From Nitrospirota bacterium (lineage in GTDB: Bacteria > Nitrospirota > JACRHJ01), in contig CAVTDB010000026.1 in the NCBI GenBank assembly GCA_963733375.1, positions 288,001-352,000 of the forward strand: DNA of 64,000 nt. The letters are read 5' to 3'. This document shows positions 11,094 through 21,581 of this stretch, piece after piece. The notes beneath the pieces were generated by a model, which saw nothing but the letters and a program-made list of their open reading frames with translations, was not told the DNA's origin and searched no databases. The position numbers were made by a program, and so were the translations under genes. The first letter of the stretch is position 1. Each line of letters opens with the position of its first letter.

Positions 11094-12392
11094 GTGGATA
11101 CCGCACTTCTCTCCCGCATTCAGTTCGGGCTTACGGCTGGTTTCCATTTCATTTTCCCGCCCCTGACCATCGGATGGCATGGCTGATCTTCTACATGAAG
11201 TCGGCATACCTGAAGACCGGGGACGAGAACTACTGGCGGATGTCGCGCTTCTGGACACGCATATTCGCCATAGGTTTCGTGGTCGGCGTCGCGACCGGAA
11301 TCACTATGGAGTTCCAGTTCGGCACGAACTGGGCGACCTATTCCCGGTACGTGGGCGACGTCTTCGGCGCGCCTCTCGCGGCGGAGGTGATATTCTCCTT
11401 CTTCCTCGAGTCGTTCTTCCTTGCGCTGCTGGTATTCGGGGAGAAACGGGTCTCGAAGAAGGCGCTCTGGTTCGCGTCCCTGATGGTCGCGTTCGGCTCG
11501 ACCCTTTCGGCGTTCTGGATAATAGTCGCGGGCTCATGGATGCAGACCCCCGCCGGGTATGAGATAGTGAACGGCAAGGCGCACCTGGTCAATTTCTGGG
11601 CCGCGCTATTCAACCCTTCGACGCTCCCGCGCTTCACGCACGTCATAATTGCCGCGTTAATCACAGGCTCGTTCTTCGTGATGGGCATAAGCGCCTGGCT
11701 CCTCAAGAATAAGAAGAGCGTCCAGCTGGCAAAAAAATCACTCGCCGTCGCGCTCGTTACCGCGGCGTTCTTCTCCGTCGTCCAGCTTCCGGCGGGTCAT
11801 CTCCACATGTTGGAGGTCGTCCATACTCAGCCGGTAAAACTCGCCGCATTCGAAGCCTTATATAAAACGACGGCCGGCGCGCCGCTTTGCGTCATCGGCA
11901 TACCGGGCAGTTAATGGCCTCACGGCCAGGATAGAGATACCGAACATGTTGAGCTACCTCGCATACGGGGATTTTCACGCGGTAGTGAAGGGGCTCGACT
12001 GCGTGCCGTCGTCCGATTGGCCGCCTATTGCCACGACCTTCCTTACCTTCAGGGGGATGGTGGTCCTTGGGACGTACATGCTGCTCCTGACGCTCATCGG
12101 GTTATATCTTCTGGCGCGCGGGAAGCTCTTTGACAGCCCCCGGTTCCTGAGCTTCGCCCTTTATTCCATACCCGTGCCGATTATCGCGAACGAGATGGGC
12201 TGGGTCTCGGCGGAGATGGGACGTCAGCCCTGGATCGTGCAGGGGCTTATAAGGACGAAAATGGCGTTTTCACCCGTCGTCCCGGCGGGGGACGTGCTGT
12301 TCTCGATAATCCTCCTCGTGGCCGTCTATGCGATGCTCTTTTCGGTATGGATTTATCTCGTGAAGCGCGAAATGGGAAAGGAGGCCCTGTGA
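11094..12392 (+). CDS. cydA: Cytochrome bd ubiquinol oxidase subunit I (two indels)
   Basis: GTG start [27 protein letters not shown]; [16 protein letters not shown]; QPVKLAAFE; EMGRQPWIV. Confidence 0.93.
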
Positions 12393-13405
12393 TGTTTACA
12401 CTTCAGACGATATGGTTCCTCCTTCTCGCGGTGCTGTTTATCGGTTATGCGGTGCTCGACGGTTTCGACCTCGGAGTGGGGGTACTCAGCGTACTGGCGA
12501 AAGACGATAACGAACGGGGCAGGATGGTGGCCGCCGTGGGTCCTTTCTGGGACGGGAACGAGGTATGGCTTTTAACCGGCGGCGGCGCGATATTCGCGGC
12601 GTTCCCGGATGTCTACGCGACGGTTTTTTCCGGGTTCTACCTTGCGTTGATGCTGTTACTGGTCGCAATCATCCTGCGCGCGGTCTCGGTCGAGTTCTGG
12701 AGCAAGGTGGACAGCCCCGGCTGGCGGAAGGCCTGGGGGTTCGGGTTTTTTCTAGGCAGCCTGCTCCCGGCAATCCTTCTGGGCGTTGCCTTCGGGAACA
12801 TCCTGCACGGCGTGCCCGTGGACTCCACTAAAGAATACGCCGGCACCTTCTTTACGCTCCTGAACCCGTACTCGGTACTGGTCGGGGTCCTCTCTCTTGT
12901 GATGTTCATGATGCACGGGGCGCTGTACTTAACGCTCAGGACCGACGGCGAGCTCAAGGCGAAGGCAATCAAATGGGCAGGCATGGGATGGGCGGCATTC
13001 GTCGCGCTGTATGTATTGGTGACGGCGCTGACCGCGGTTTTCGCGGGCAAGATGTTCGCCCGTTACCTGGAGAGCCCGCTGCCCTGGATACTGGTTGTCG
13101 TAGCGGTGGCCGCGATAGTCGCGATAAAGCTTTTCCTGAATAAGGAGCTGGTGGGAAAGGCCTTCATAGCGTCGTCCTTGACGATAGCGTCGCTTATCGG
13201 CGTGGCCGCTGTCGGCCTCTTCCCCAATCTCGTGCCGTCAACCCTCGACCCGGCATACAGCCTGACAGCGATGAACTCGTCCAACTCGCAGCTGACGCTC
13301 ACGGTGATGCTCATACTGGTGGCAATCGGCGTCCCGATCATGCTCATCTACACGGCGTACATTTACCATTGCTTCCGGGGCAAGTCCGAGGCTGGAGAGT
13401 ATTAA
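12392..13405 (+). CDS. cydB: Cytochrome bd ubiquinol oxidase subunit II
   Basis: LDGFDLGVG, GPFWDGNEVWL motifs. Confidence 0.95.
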   Translation: MFTLQTIWFLLLAVLFIGYAVLDGFDLGVGVLSVLAKDDNERGRMVAAVGPFWDGNEVWLLTGGGAIFAAFPDVYATVFSGFYLALMLLLVAIILRAVSVEFWSKVDSPGWRKAWGFGFFLGSLLPAILLGVAFGNILHGVPVDSTKEYAGTFFTLLNPYSVLVGVLSLVMFMMHGALYLTLRTDGELKAKAIKWAGMGWAAFVALYVLVTALTAVFAGKMFARYLESPLPWILVVVAVAAIVAIKLFLNKELVGKAFIASSLTIASLIGVAAVGLFPNLVPSTLDPAYSLTAMNSSNSQLTLTVMLILVAIGVPIMLIYTAYIYHCFRGKSEAGEY

Positions 13406-13435
13406 AGCGAATTAATTTCTTCTTTACTATCTCTC

Positions 13436-13459
13436 AAGGAGGGCGAAAGCCCTCCTTTT
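13436..13459 (+). terminator. Rho-independent terminator after cydB
   Basis: AAGGAGGGC-GAAA-GCCCTCCTT-TT. Confidence 0.85.
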
Positions 13460-13617
13460 CTTTAAGAAAAGCCCCGCAAGCAGTTCAAAAATAGGCTTAT
13501 TCCCGCCCGAATCCGCCCCATTGTATATTAAATAAGACCGCGCCAGCGGCAATGAAACGCCGCCTTGAGGGCTTTTTGACTTGCAAAGCATTACAAAAGG
13601 TTATAAAATCTCTGCCG

Positions 13618-14595
13618 ATGAAGGCCTTGGTGACAGGAGGGACCGGGTTCATCGGAAGCCATCTCGTCGAGGCCCTCCTGAAGGAAGGCATCGAGGTGAG
13701 GTGCCTTGTCCGTGACCCGAATAAGTTATCCTGGCTTGCCGGGCTGGATGTAGAGGCGGTAAAAGGGGACTGCGCGGCCCCGGCGGGTTTGTCCGATGCG
13801 GTGAAGGGCGTGGACTATGTCTTCCATGCCGCCGGGATTACAAAGGCCGTTAAACCGCAAGATTATTACAGGGTAAACGCGCAGGGGACGGAGAACCTCC
13901 TCCATGCGGCGATAAAGGAAGCCGGGCGGATAAGAAAGTTCGTCCTGGTATCCAGTCAGGCCGCCGCGGGGCCGTCGAAGGAAGGCCGGCCAAGGCGCGA
14001 GGACGACCCTGCCGAGCCGGTATCCGACTACGGCAGGAGCAAGCTCGAAGCTGAGCAGTACGCGCTGTCCGCGAAGGAAGAACTGAATATCGCGATAGTC
14101 AGGCCGACGGCGGTTTACGGCCCGAGAGACCGGGATATCCTGACCTTTTTCAAGATGGTCAGCCGGGGGTTCCGGACCGCGTTCTCTGAAAAAAGGTTGC
14201 TCTCCGTCTGCTATGTTTCCGATATAGTTGACGGTACGGTTAAGGCGGCGCTGAAGCAGACGAAATCCGGAGACGCTTTTTTTCTGGCGCATCCGGTCCA
14301 GAACGACTGGGACAGGATGGGTGAGGCTATCGCCTCTTCCCTGGGGGTGAAGGCCAGGAGACTGGTTATCCCGATCCCCCTGATGGGGGGCGTCGCGTTA
14401 TGCGCCGAGGCGTTTTCCTTCATTTCCGGAAGACCGGCGCTTCTTAACCGCCAGAAGATGGCGGAGATAAGACAGCGCTTCTGGGTAGTGGATACAAGCA
14501 AGGCCGAAGAGGTTTTAGGGTTTGCCGCCCGTGTTGATTTCCCGGCGGGCGCAAAAATTACTGCCGAGTGGTACAGGCTACATGGATGGCTTTGA
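13618..14595 (+). CDS. NAD-dependent epimerase/dehydratase (extended SDR); candidate sphingolipid 3-keto reductase
   Basis: TGGTGFIG, YGRSK, RPTAVYGP; directly upstream of the SPT gene. Confidence 0.8.
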   Translation: MKALVTGGTGFIGSHLVEALLKEGIEVRCLVRDPNKLSWLAGLDVEAVKGDCAAPAGLSDAVKGVDYVFHAAGITKAVKPQDYYRVNAQGTENLLHAAIKEAGRIRKFVLVSSQAAAGPSKEGRPRREDDPAEPVSDYGRSKLEAEQYALSAKEELNIAIVRPTAVYGPRDRDILTFFKMVSRGFRTAFSEKRLLSVCYVSDIVDGTVKAALKQTKSGDAFFLAHPVQNDWDRMGEAIASSLGVKARRLVIPIPLMGGVALCAEAFSFISGRPALLNRQKMAEIRQRFWVVDTSKAEEVLGFAARVDFPAGAKITAEWYRLHGWL

Positions 14596-14609
14596 GGGAG
14601 GATGACAGC

Positions 14610-15803
14610 TTGGACATTTTCGGGAAGTGCAAACGGTTTACAAAAGCGGACGATTTAAAGGCGATAGGCGCCTATCTTTATTTCCGCAGAATAGATTCAC
14701 CACAGGACCCGATAATAACCATCGCCGGCAAAGAGCTGATAATGCTCGGCTCGAACAATTATCTGGGCCTCACCAACCACCCCAAGGTAAAAGAAGCGGC
14801 AATTGCCGCCATAAAAAAGTACGGCACCGGTTGCGCCGGCTCCAGGTTCTTAAACGGCACGCTGGACATCCACGAGGAGCTTGAAGAGCGCCTGGCGAAG
14901 TTCATGAATAAACCGGCGGCGATCACGTTTTCCACCGGGTTCCAGACAAACCTGGGCACGATTTCCGCCATCGTGGGCAAGGACGATACCGTATTCATAG
15001 ATAAGCTCGACCATGCCAGCATCATAGACGGCTGCAGGCTCTCCTTCGGCGACGCCAGGAAATTCAAGCACAACGACATGGAAGACCTGGACCGGGTCCT
15101 TACCCAGGACGGGAAAGGCGGCAAGATGGTCGTCGTCGACGGCGTCTTCTCGATGGAAGGCGACATAGCCGACCTGCCCAGGATAGTGGACGTAGCCAGG
15201 ATCCACGGCGCGCGCGTAATGGTGGACGACGCGCACGGCATCGGCGTGCTTGGAAAGAACGGCAGGGGGACGGCGGAGCATTTCGGCCTGGAAGACAAAG
15301 TCGATATCATAATGGGGACGTACAGCAAGTCGCTTGCCTCCATCGGCGGCTTCGTCGTCGCGGAACTCGACGTAATAGACTACATAAAGCACCATGCCCG
15401 CGCCCTGATATTCTCCGCAAGCCCGCCCCCGTCTTCGGTCGCGTCGGTAATCGCCGCCCTGGACATTATCGAGAGCGAGCCGGAGAGGCGCAAGGCCCTT
15501 TGGGACAATACCCATAAGATGCAGAAGGGCTTCAAGGAGATGGGCTACGACATCGGCGTGAGCGAGACGCCTGTCGTCTCGGTCGTCGTGGGCGAGGACA
15601 TGACCGCATTCATGATGACGAAGAGGCTCCAGGAAGAGGGCGTGTTCGTGAACCCGGTGGTCAGCCCGGCGACGGCCCCCGGAAGGGCCCTCATCAGGAC
15701 GAGCTACATGGCCAACCACACCTTCGACCAGCTCGACCGGGTGCTTGATATATTCGAAAAGGTGGGCAGGGAACTCGGGATACTCCAGACGAAGCACGCG
15801 TAA
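14610..15803 (+). CDS. spt: Serine palmitoyltransferase (alpha-oxoamine synthase family)
   Basis: GSNNYLGL, YGTGCAGSRFLNGTLDIH, DDAHG, GTYSKSLASIGGF; GSRFLNGT is SPT-type rather than KBL or BioF. Confidence 0.78.
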   Translation: MDIFGKCKRFTKADDLKAIGAYLYFRRIDSPQDPIITIAGKELIMLGSNNYLGLTNHPKVKEAAIAAIKKYGTGCAGSRFLNGTLDIHEELEERLAKFMNKPAAITFSTGFQTNLGTISAIVGKDDTVFIDKLDHASIIDGCRLSFGDARKFKHNDMEDLDRVLTQDGKGGKMVVVDGVFSMEGDIADLPRIVDVARIHGARVMVDDAHGIGVLGKNGRGTAEHFGLEDKVDIIMGTYSKSLASIGGFVVAELDVIDYIKHHARALIFSASPPPSSVASVIAALDIIESEPERRKALWDNTHKMQKGFKEMGYDIGVSETPVVSVVVGEDMTAFMMTKRLQEEGVFVNPVVSPATAPGRALIRTSYMANHTFDQLDRVLDIFEKVGRELGILQTKHA

Positions 15804-15925
15804 GCGGAAGCGGCGGAGGGGCGCGGGATGATCCAGGCCGCCTTTGCGGAAGCAGTTTAGACTGAGTATGGGGCTGCGGGAATGCGCGGCCGCTTGAATA
15901 TAACATGGAGTCGGACGCCTTTTAA

Positions 15926-16564
15926 GTGAAACATCCGGGCCGCAAGATATATCACCTGCTGGGCGGCCTCTTCATAATTGCCGCATATATTTTCCTGGGA
16001 CGGGCGCGGGGACTACCCGCGCTCGCCGCGCTTACGGCCATCGCCACCGCGACAGACATCTCCCGCTTCATTTTCCCGAAGTTCAACTATTTCGTATTCA
16101 GGCATTTTAAGGCGTTCATCCGGGAGTCCGAAAGGAACACCCTTACCGGGACGCCTCCGTATCTGATGGGGATGCTGGGTTCGTTTTTCCTTTTCAGTTT
16201 GCCGGTTGCAATCTGCTCGATTATATTTCTTGCCTGCGGCGACGTGAGCGCGACGGTCGTGGGGGAACGGTGGGGGAAGACGAAAATATCCGGGATAAAA
16301 AGCCTGGAGGGGACGATGGCCTTCTTCGCCGCCTCGCTTATATCCGGGGCCGTAGCCGGTGTTTACTGGCAGGGGCTTCCTTTGTATGTCGTCGCGGCGG
16401 GCGCACTCACCGCGTCCGTGGTTGAAATCCTGCCCCTGAAGTTCAACGACAACTTAACTATACCGATAATTTCAGGTGCGGTGATGCAGGCGCTGATTCA
16501 TAAACGCCCCGTCATGCCCCTCTTATCTAGGGGAAGCGGAATGTCATTTCGGGGAACCCGGTAA
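15926..16564 (+). CDS. CTP-dependent lipid kinase, dolichol/phytol/Dgk1 family membrane protein
   Basis: RKIYH, GDVSATVVGERWG, KSLEG, DNLTIP motifs. Confidence 0.8.
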   Translation: MKHPGRKIYHLLGGLFIIAAYIFLGRARGLPALAALTAIATATDISRFIFPKFNYFVFRHFKAFIRESERNTLTGTPPYLMGMLGSFFLFSLPVAICSIIFLACGDVSATVVGERWGKTKISGIKSLEGTMAFFAASLISGAVAGVYWQGLPLYVVAAGALTASVVEILPLKFNDNLTIPIISGAVMQALIHKRPVMPLLSRGSGMSFRGTR

Positions 16565-17438
16565 CTTTAAAATATCTGCAATAACCCGCATATAGTTTAT
16601 CCGCCAGCCGGACGCACACCGGCGCGAGGGCCGCGCCCGCGATCACGTCAATAACGTAGTGATACCGCAGGTACATTGTCGCGACTATCAGCCCCGTGAC
16701 AAGCGGCAGGGCCAGCCAGAAGAACCACCTCTTGTACCGCCACGCATACGCAAGCACTATCAGCACGACTTCCGTATGGCCGGAAGGGAACGCGTCCCGG
16801 TTCGTGCCCTCAAGCAGGTTCAGGGTCGAGTCGATTCCACTTGCCAGCCCGCCGCGCATAAGGCCGTGCGCATACTGCCCCTCAAGATAAAACCTTGGCC
16901 CCAGCGCCGGGACGATTATGTACCCCAGGTACGAAACGAAAAAGCCCAGGGTAATCCCGAAGAGCGAGATATCGAAATATTCCGTTTCCCTTTTAAAAAA
17001 TAAAATAAGACAGAAGACAATGGGGACGAAATAGTACGAGGTGTAGCAGATCTGAAGGACGGTCGTGAGAGCGGGGCGTACCATCCACTCCAGCCATGCG
17101 CCGGGGACGGGTCCGGTCAGATACGCATCCATACGGGCCAGCCAGGGGTCCTTGTCAGGCGCGTTTATATAGGCCGTTATGTGGCTCATGCTGTCGAAAG
17201 TGAAGAGGATGACGAACAGGGGCATCAGGAAATCGACGTATTTTATCAGTACGCTTTGCGGGGATTTCTGCCGCATGTAAGACGCCGCCAGGACGACGGC
17301 CATTACCGCGCCGTAGCGAAGCGCAATCTCCGCCGCATCGGGTATTTTTTTAAAATTCAGGAGGGTAAGGACGAGAAGGAAAAGCAGGAAAAATACCGAT
17401 AGCGGCGTTACCGGCTTTGCCTTCCGAAGGAAGCGCAT
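16527..17438 (-). CDS. PAP2-superfamily membrane protein, Aur1/inositolphosphorylceramide-synthase-like
   Basis: YTSYY, PALGPRF, DAFPSGHT, RYHYVIDV. Confidence 0.8.
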   Translation of the reverse strand: MRFLRKAKPVTPLSVFFLLFLLVLTLLNFKKIPDAAEIALRYGAVMAVVLAASYMRQKSPQSVLIKYVDFLMPLFVILFTFDSMSHITAYINAPDKDPWLARMDAYLTGPVPGAWLEWMVRPALTTVLQICYTSYYFVPIVFCLILFFKRETEYFDISLFGITLGFFVSYLGYIIVPALGPRFYLEGQYAHGLMRGGLASGIDSTLNLLEGTNRDAFPSGHTEVVLIVLAYAWRYKRWFFWLALPLVTGLIVATMYLRYHYVIDVIAGAALAPVCVRLADKLYAGYCRYFKVTGFPEMTFRFP

Positions 17439-17440
17439 CT

Positions 17441-18269
17441 TCAGGCGCTGAGTCCGACGGTCAGGCCGAAATCGGCGGCGACTTCCTCGATAACCTTGCG
17501 GTCTATGCCCGGCCTTTTAGTCAGGTAAGCCTTCCAGGAGCGCGTTGTCGCAGATTGTATTGATGAGCCGCGGGATCCCCTTGGAGAACATATACACGGC
17601 CTCGATCGCGTCCGGGGAAAAAAGTTCCTTTTCACTCCCCGCGATGTGGAGCCTGTGGCGGATGTATTGCGCGGTCATATCATGGCTAAAGGATTTCAGC
17701 CGGTATTTTACCGCGACCCTCTGTTTCAGCGGTTCGTCCAGAGAGAGCACGTCGTCCAGCTCCGGCATCCCGAAGAACACGAAAGACACCAGTTTCCCTC
17801 CGGGCACTTCGAGGTTAAGAAGTCCTCTGAACTCCTCCATTATCTCCCGCGAGTTCAGCATCTGGGCCTCGTCTATAAGCACCACGGCCTTTTTGCCGGC
17901 CTCGTTTATTTCTATAAGGCGGTGGTATATGGAGCTCAGGAGGTTTACTTTATCCTCCGGTACGTCGTCCACGCCAAGCTGCATGGCGATTTTTTTAAGC
18001 AGCCATTCGGTCGTTATGGAGGAATGGATTATCACGAGCAGGGCGGACTCGTGCTCATCGTCGTCGAGTTCGTCCAGCATCCTTCTGGCGAGAGTGGTCT
18101 TGCCGGTGCCGATGCCGCCGACCAGGACGGCCAACCCCTTCATGGTGCTCACGGCGTATTTAAGACGGAGCAGCGCTTCGGCATGCTGTTCGCTGTTGTA
18201 GTAAAACCTGCTGTCGATGGAGTTGGTGAAAGGCTGTTCGTTAAGGCCGTAATACTCGAGGTAATCCAT
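17441..18269 (-). CDS. ExeA/GspA-family AAA ATPase (indel near the 3' end)
   Basis: YYGLNEQPF, GGIGTGKT, IDEAQ, GIPRLINTICDNALL. Confidence 0.88.
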
Positions 18270-18284
18270 CTAACTCTCCGTAGA

Positions 18285-21200
18285 TTATAAGTACGATACC
18301 TTGTTTTTCTTGGGTGCGGCGGGTTTCTCTTCCGTCTTTTTCTTATCCTTGGCCGCGGGCGCCGCCCCGGATTCCAGGAGCGCCTTGTTCAACCTCTGGA
18401 GCCTCTCCTTGACGTCTCTGAAACCGCCGTCCGCCCGGGTTATCTCCTCCACGACCGACTGCGCCGACGGTATATCCTCATTCAGTTCGTATGCGGTCGC
18501 AAGGTCGTATTTAAGTCCCAGGTACTCGTCCGGCTCGCGTCCTTCGGCTTCCAACCCCTTTTTTAAATTTATAATCGCCGTGCCGTATTCGCCCTTCTCG
18601 ATATAGCATAACCCCCTCATGCTCGCGCAGTCGAGGAGCCTGCCCGGGTCGTGCGAGGCAAGCTCGAACTCGCCCAGCGCCTCGTCTAACATCCCCATCT
18701 CTTTATATGCGATACCCAGGTTATAATGGGTCTCGTAATCTTCCTTGTTGAGCTGCTCCTCAACGCCCTTTTTAAATTCCTGGAAAACGTCCTCGAGCAG
18801 TTTGTCTTCGAACACATCGGAAGATTTCTTCGCCGCCGGCGCCTCGGTTTCTTCTTCGAATTCCTCGCGGAGTTCCGCTCCCAGGTCGAAGAAATCCTCA
18901 TCCGGCTTCGGCTCCTGTATAGAAAAAGCGCTGGAGATGAGCGCGGCTGACTGTTCCGGATCAGGCGTCTTAACCGGCTCGTCCGTCTCCGTTTCATCCG
19001 GCGCGGTCTCCTCAAAATCTCCGCCCAAAACAGGCTCGTCCCATGTCTCCTTGAAGGCCTGCTCCAATTCGTTGTCCAGGGATTTGAAAACGTCGTCTTC
19101 CTCGCTTGTTTCTTCCCGGATTTCAGCGGATGGCTCGGAATGCTCCGGCTCCTCCGTGACCAGCTCTATATCCTGCGGTCCCGGCTCTTTTGACAAACTA
19201 TCAAGCAGCGTATCGTGCCTTTCGCGGACTTCAAGGTCGTCCGGGTTTACGGAAAGGAGCTTCTCGTAGATATCGATTGCCTCTTGAGTAAAGACCCTGC
19301 TGGGCATAGAAATCCGCCTCCGCGCGCTCCTCCACGTAATGCACTGAACCCGGAGTCATCGAGGGCCCGGCCAGATATTCCAGCTCAATCTGGTTCTCAG
19401 TTTCAAACAGAGGTTCCTCTGATTCCTGTTCCGGGAGCGGCACATCTTCCAGGCTGTATGTCCAGTTCAAGCTGTACGTCCGGCTCCAGGCTGTACGTCC
19501 GGCTCCTACTGCATTTCTCTGCCGGCTAATGAAATTTCCTCCCCGGCAGGTCGTCCAGTTCATAAATTTTCGACTCCGGCAAAGCTTCCTGTTCTTTTTG
19601 ACCCTCCTCCAGCGCCGGTAATTCCGTCTCCGAAAGTTCCGGTATTTCCGAAACCGCGCCTATCTCATATACCGCGGAAGGCGGCGGCTGCGATTTGGAT
19701 GCAAGTCTTGGGTCGGCAGGGTCGAGCCGGCGCGCTTTGCCGAGTACCGCTTCGGCTTCCGCCTCCATGCCCATCGAATTATAAATATCGGCAAGTTCGA
19801 CGGAGACGTTTATAAAACTATCGAGATCGCCCTGAGCCTTGTAAAGCTCAATGTACCTCTTTTTTACCTCCGGGTCCCGGGGACGGGTTTCGGAGAGGCC
19901 ATTAAGAATATCCGTCACCTTTTCCGTCATCCCGTACCTTAGCAGCACATCGGCCTCGCCAAGGCGCTCCTCAAAGCTTTTTTCAGGCGGCGGAGCCGCT
20001 ATTTCTTCCATGTCGGGGATGCCGTCGCCCGGGCCGCTCTGAATTCCGGTCTCGTCCGCCCCGGAGGTTTCTTCAGGACCTTTATTCACGGCGAAAATAT
20101 CTAAACCTTCAAGCTCGTTATCCTCCGGAAAACCGTACGCCCCGAGGTCCTGCGGAATTTCAACCAGCCCTTCATCCTCGCCCAGTTCCATCGGCGGGAA
20201 CTCTCCGAACTCCTCGGGCAGGTCCGGCATAGACGTCGTCCGGCATTGGCTCGTCCGGCATAGGCATGTCCGGCAAAGACGCCTCTTCCTCTAATGGAGG
20301 GAGTATCGCTTCAGGCACGGCGGGGGCGGCCTCGATGGGAATTTCTTCTTCAGGGGACGGGATGGGGGCGGTCAGGTCTTTCGCCTGGCGCCTTATTTTG
20401 TCCGCCTCTTCCTGCCTGTCCTGCTTCTCCAGGACGTAAGCAAGGAGGTTCAGGGCAGCGACGCTGTCTGCCTTGTGGGCAAGGAACTCCCGGAGGAATT
20501 TTTCGGCCTCGGCGAATTCGTTTCTGGAGATGTGCCAGTCGGCCAGCGCTTCATATTCCTTCCAGGCGGCCTCGAAATCCCCTGTCTTCAGGTCCAGCTC
20601 GATGAGCTGATGCCGGTAGAGCATGTTCTGCGGGTCTTTATCCTGAAGGACATTGTAGATCGCTCTGGACTCCTCGTACCTGCCGGAGCGGAGATAGGCC
20701 TCTGCCAGCGAAGTCTGTATCCTCGCGTCGTTCGGGTCCAGCTTGTTTAATTCTTCGAGCCTGGAAATCGCCTCCTGAAGCCGGTCCTCCTTCAGGTCTA
20801 TCAAAGCACAGACCCTGCCGAACTCGAACCCGTCAGACGCCTTTTCCTTGACCTTGGCCAGGAATTCCCTCGCGCCCGCTAAATCTCCCTGGGCAAACTT
20901 CTTTTCCGCAAGCTCGACGCATTTATTTACTCCCTCCCGCTCGAACCCTTCGCCCAGATAAAGCTCCGCAAGTTTTTGGGCGAGGGAAAAATTGTCGGGG
21001 TTCAGTTCGCAGAGGGTTTTGTAAATATCTATCGCCTTGCTCCTCTGGCCTTGTTTGGTAAAGTAGGATGCCGCCGCCAGGTAATTCTCGTTTGCGTTAC
21101 CCACCATGCCGCGCTCGGCGTTCAGCTTGCCCATCATGAGGAAGACGTCCACCTGGTCGGGCTTTATGTTCAGGACTTTTTTGTAAAGCGCGATAGCCTT

Positions 21201-21425
21201 GAGGGTGAAGCCGGTCTTATTGAAGATTTCAGCGGATCTTTTGAAAGACTCAATGGCCTTTTCGGTATCGTTCCTTTTTAGGCAGAGGTCTCCGACGGTA
21301 TTGAAGGTGTTGGCGTCGTTCGGCGACTCAGCTAAGATCTTCTCGTACTCGATTATCGCCTTATCCCATTGCGACTTGGCGATAAACTTCTGCACGTCCT
21401 TTAAAATCTTGCTTTTGTTAATCAC
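18285..21425 (-). CDS. Large TPR protein with acidic, proline-rich linkers (several indels)
   Basis: N-terminal TPRs, acidic linkers, C-terminal EDYETHYNLGIAYKEMG TPR block; ORFs 20172..21425, 19526..20230 and 18285..19307 are collinear. Confidence 0.8.
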
Positions 21426-21581
21426 TTACAACCTCGGTTTGAGGGCATAAAATCCCACATGAATTTAGCATATTCAAGGTCTTACTGTCAAGGTTATTGA
21501 CCCCCCTTCCCGCCGGTTTACATCCGGGGCCAGTTGTGTTATAAATATCCGGATTTATCCGGATTTAACTTAGGGGGAGAA

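Noticed and set aside
14610-15803. BioF or glycine C-acetyltransferase assignment
   Set aside because: The GSRFLNGT motif and lipid-enzyme neighbours fit SPT better, and no bio or tdh genes are adjacent.
19450-19504. Threefold 18-bp tandem repeat as a mini-array
   Set aside because: It lies within a CDS, encodes an EPDVQP-like linker and has no spacers.
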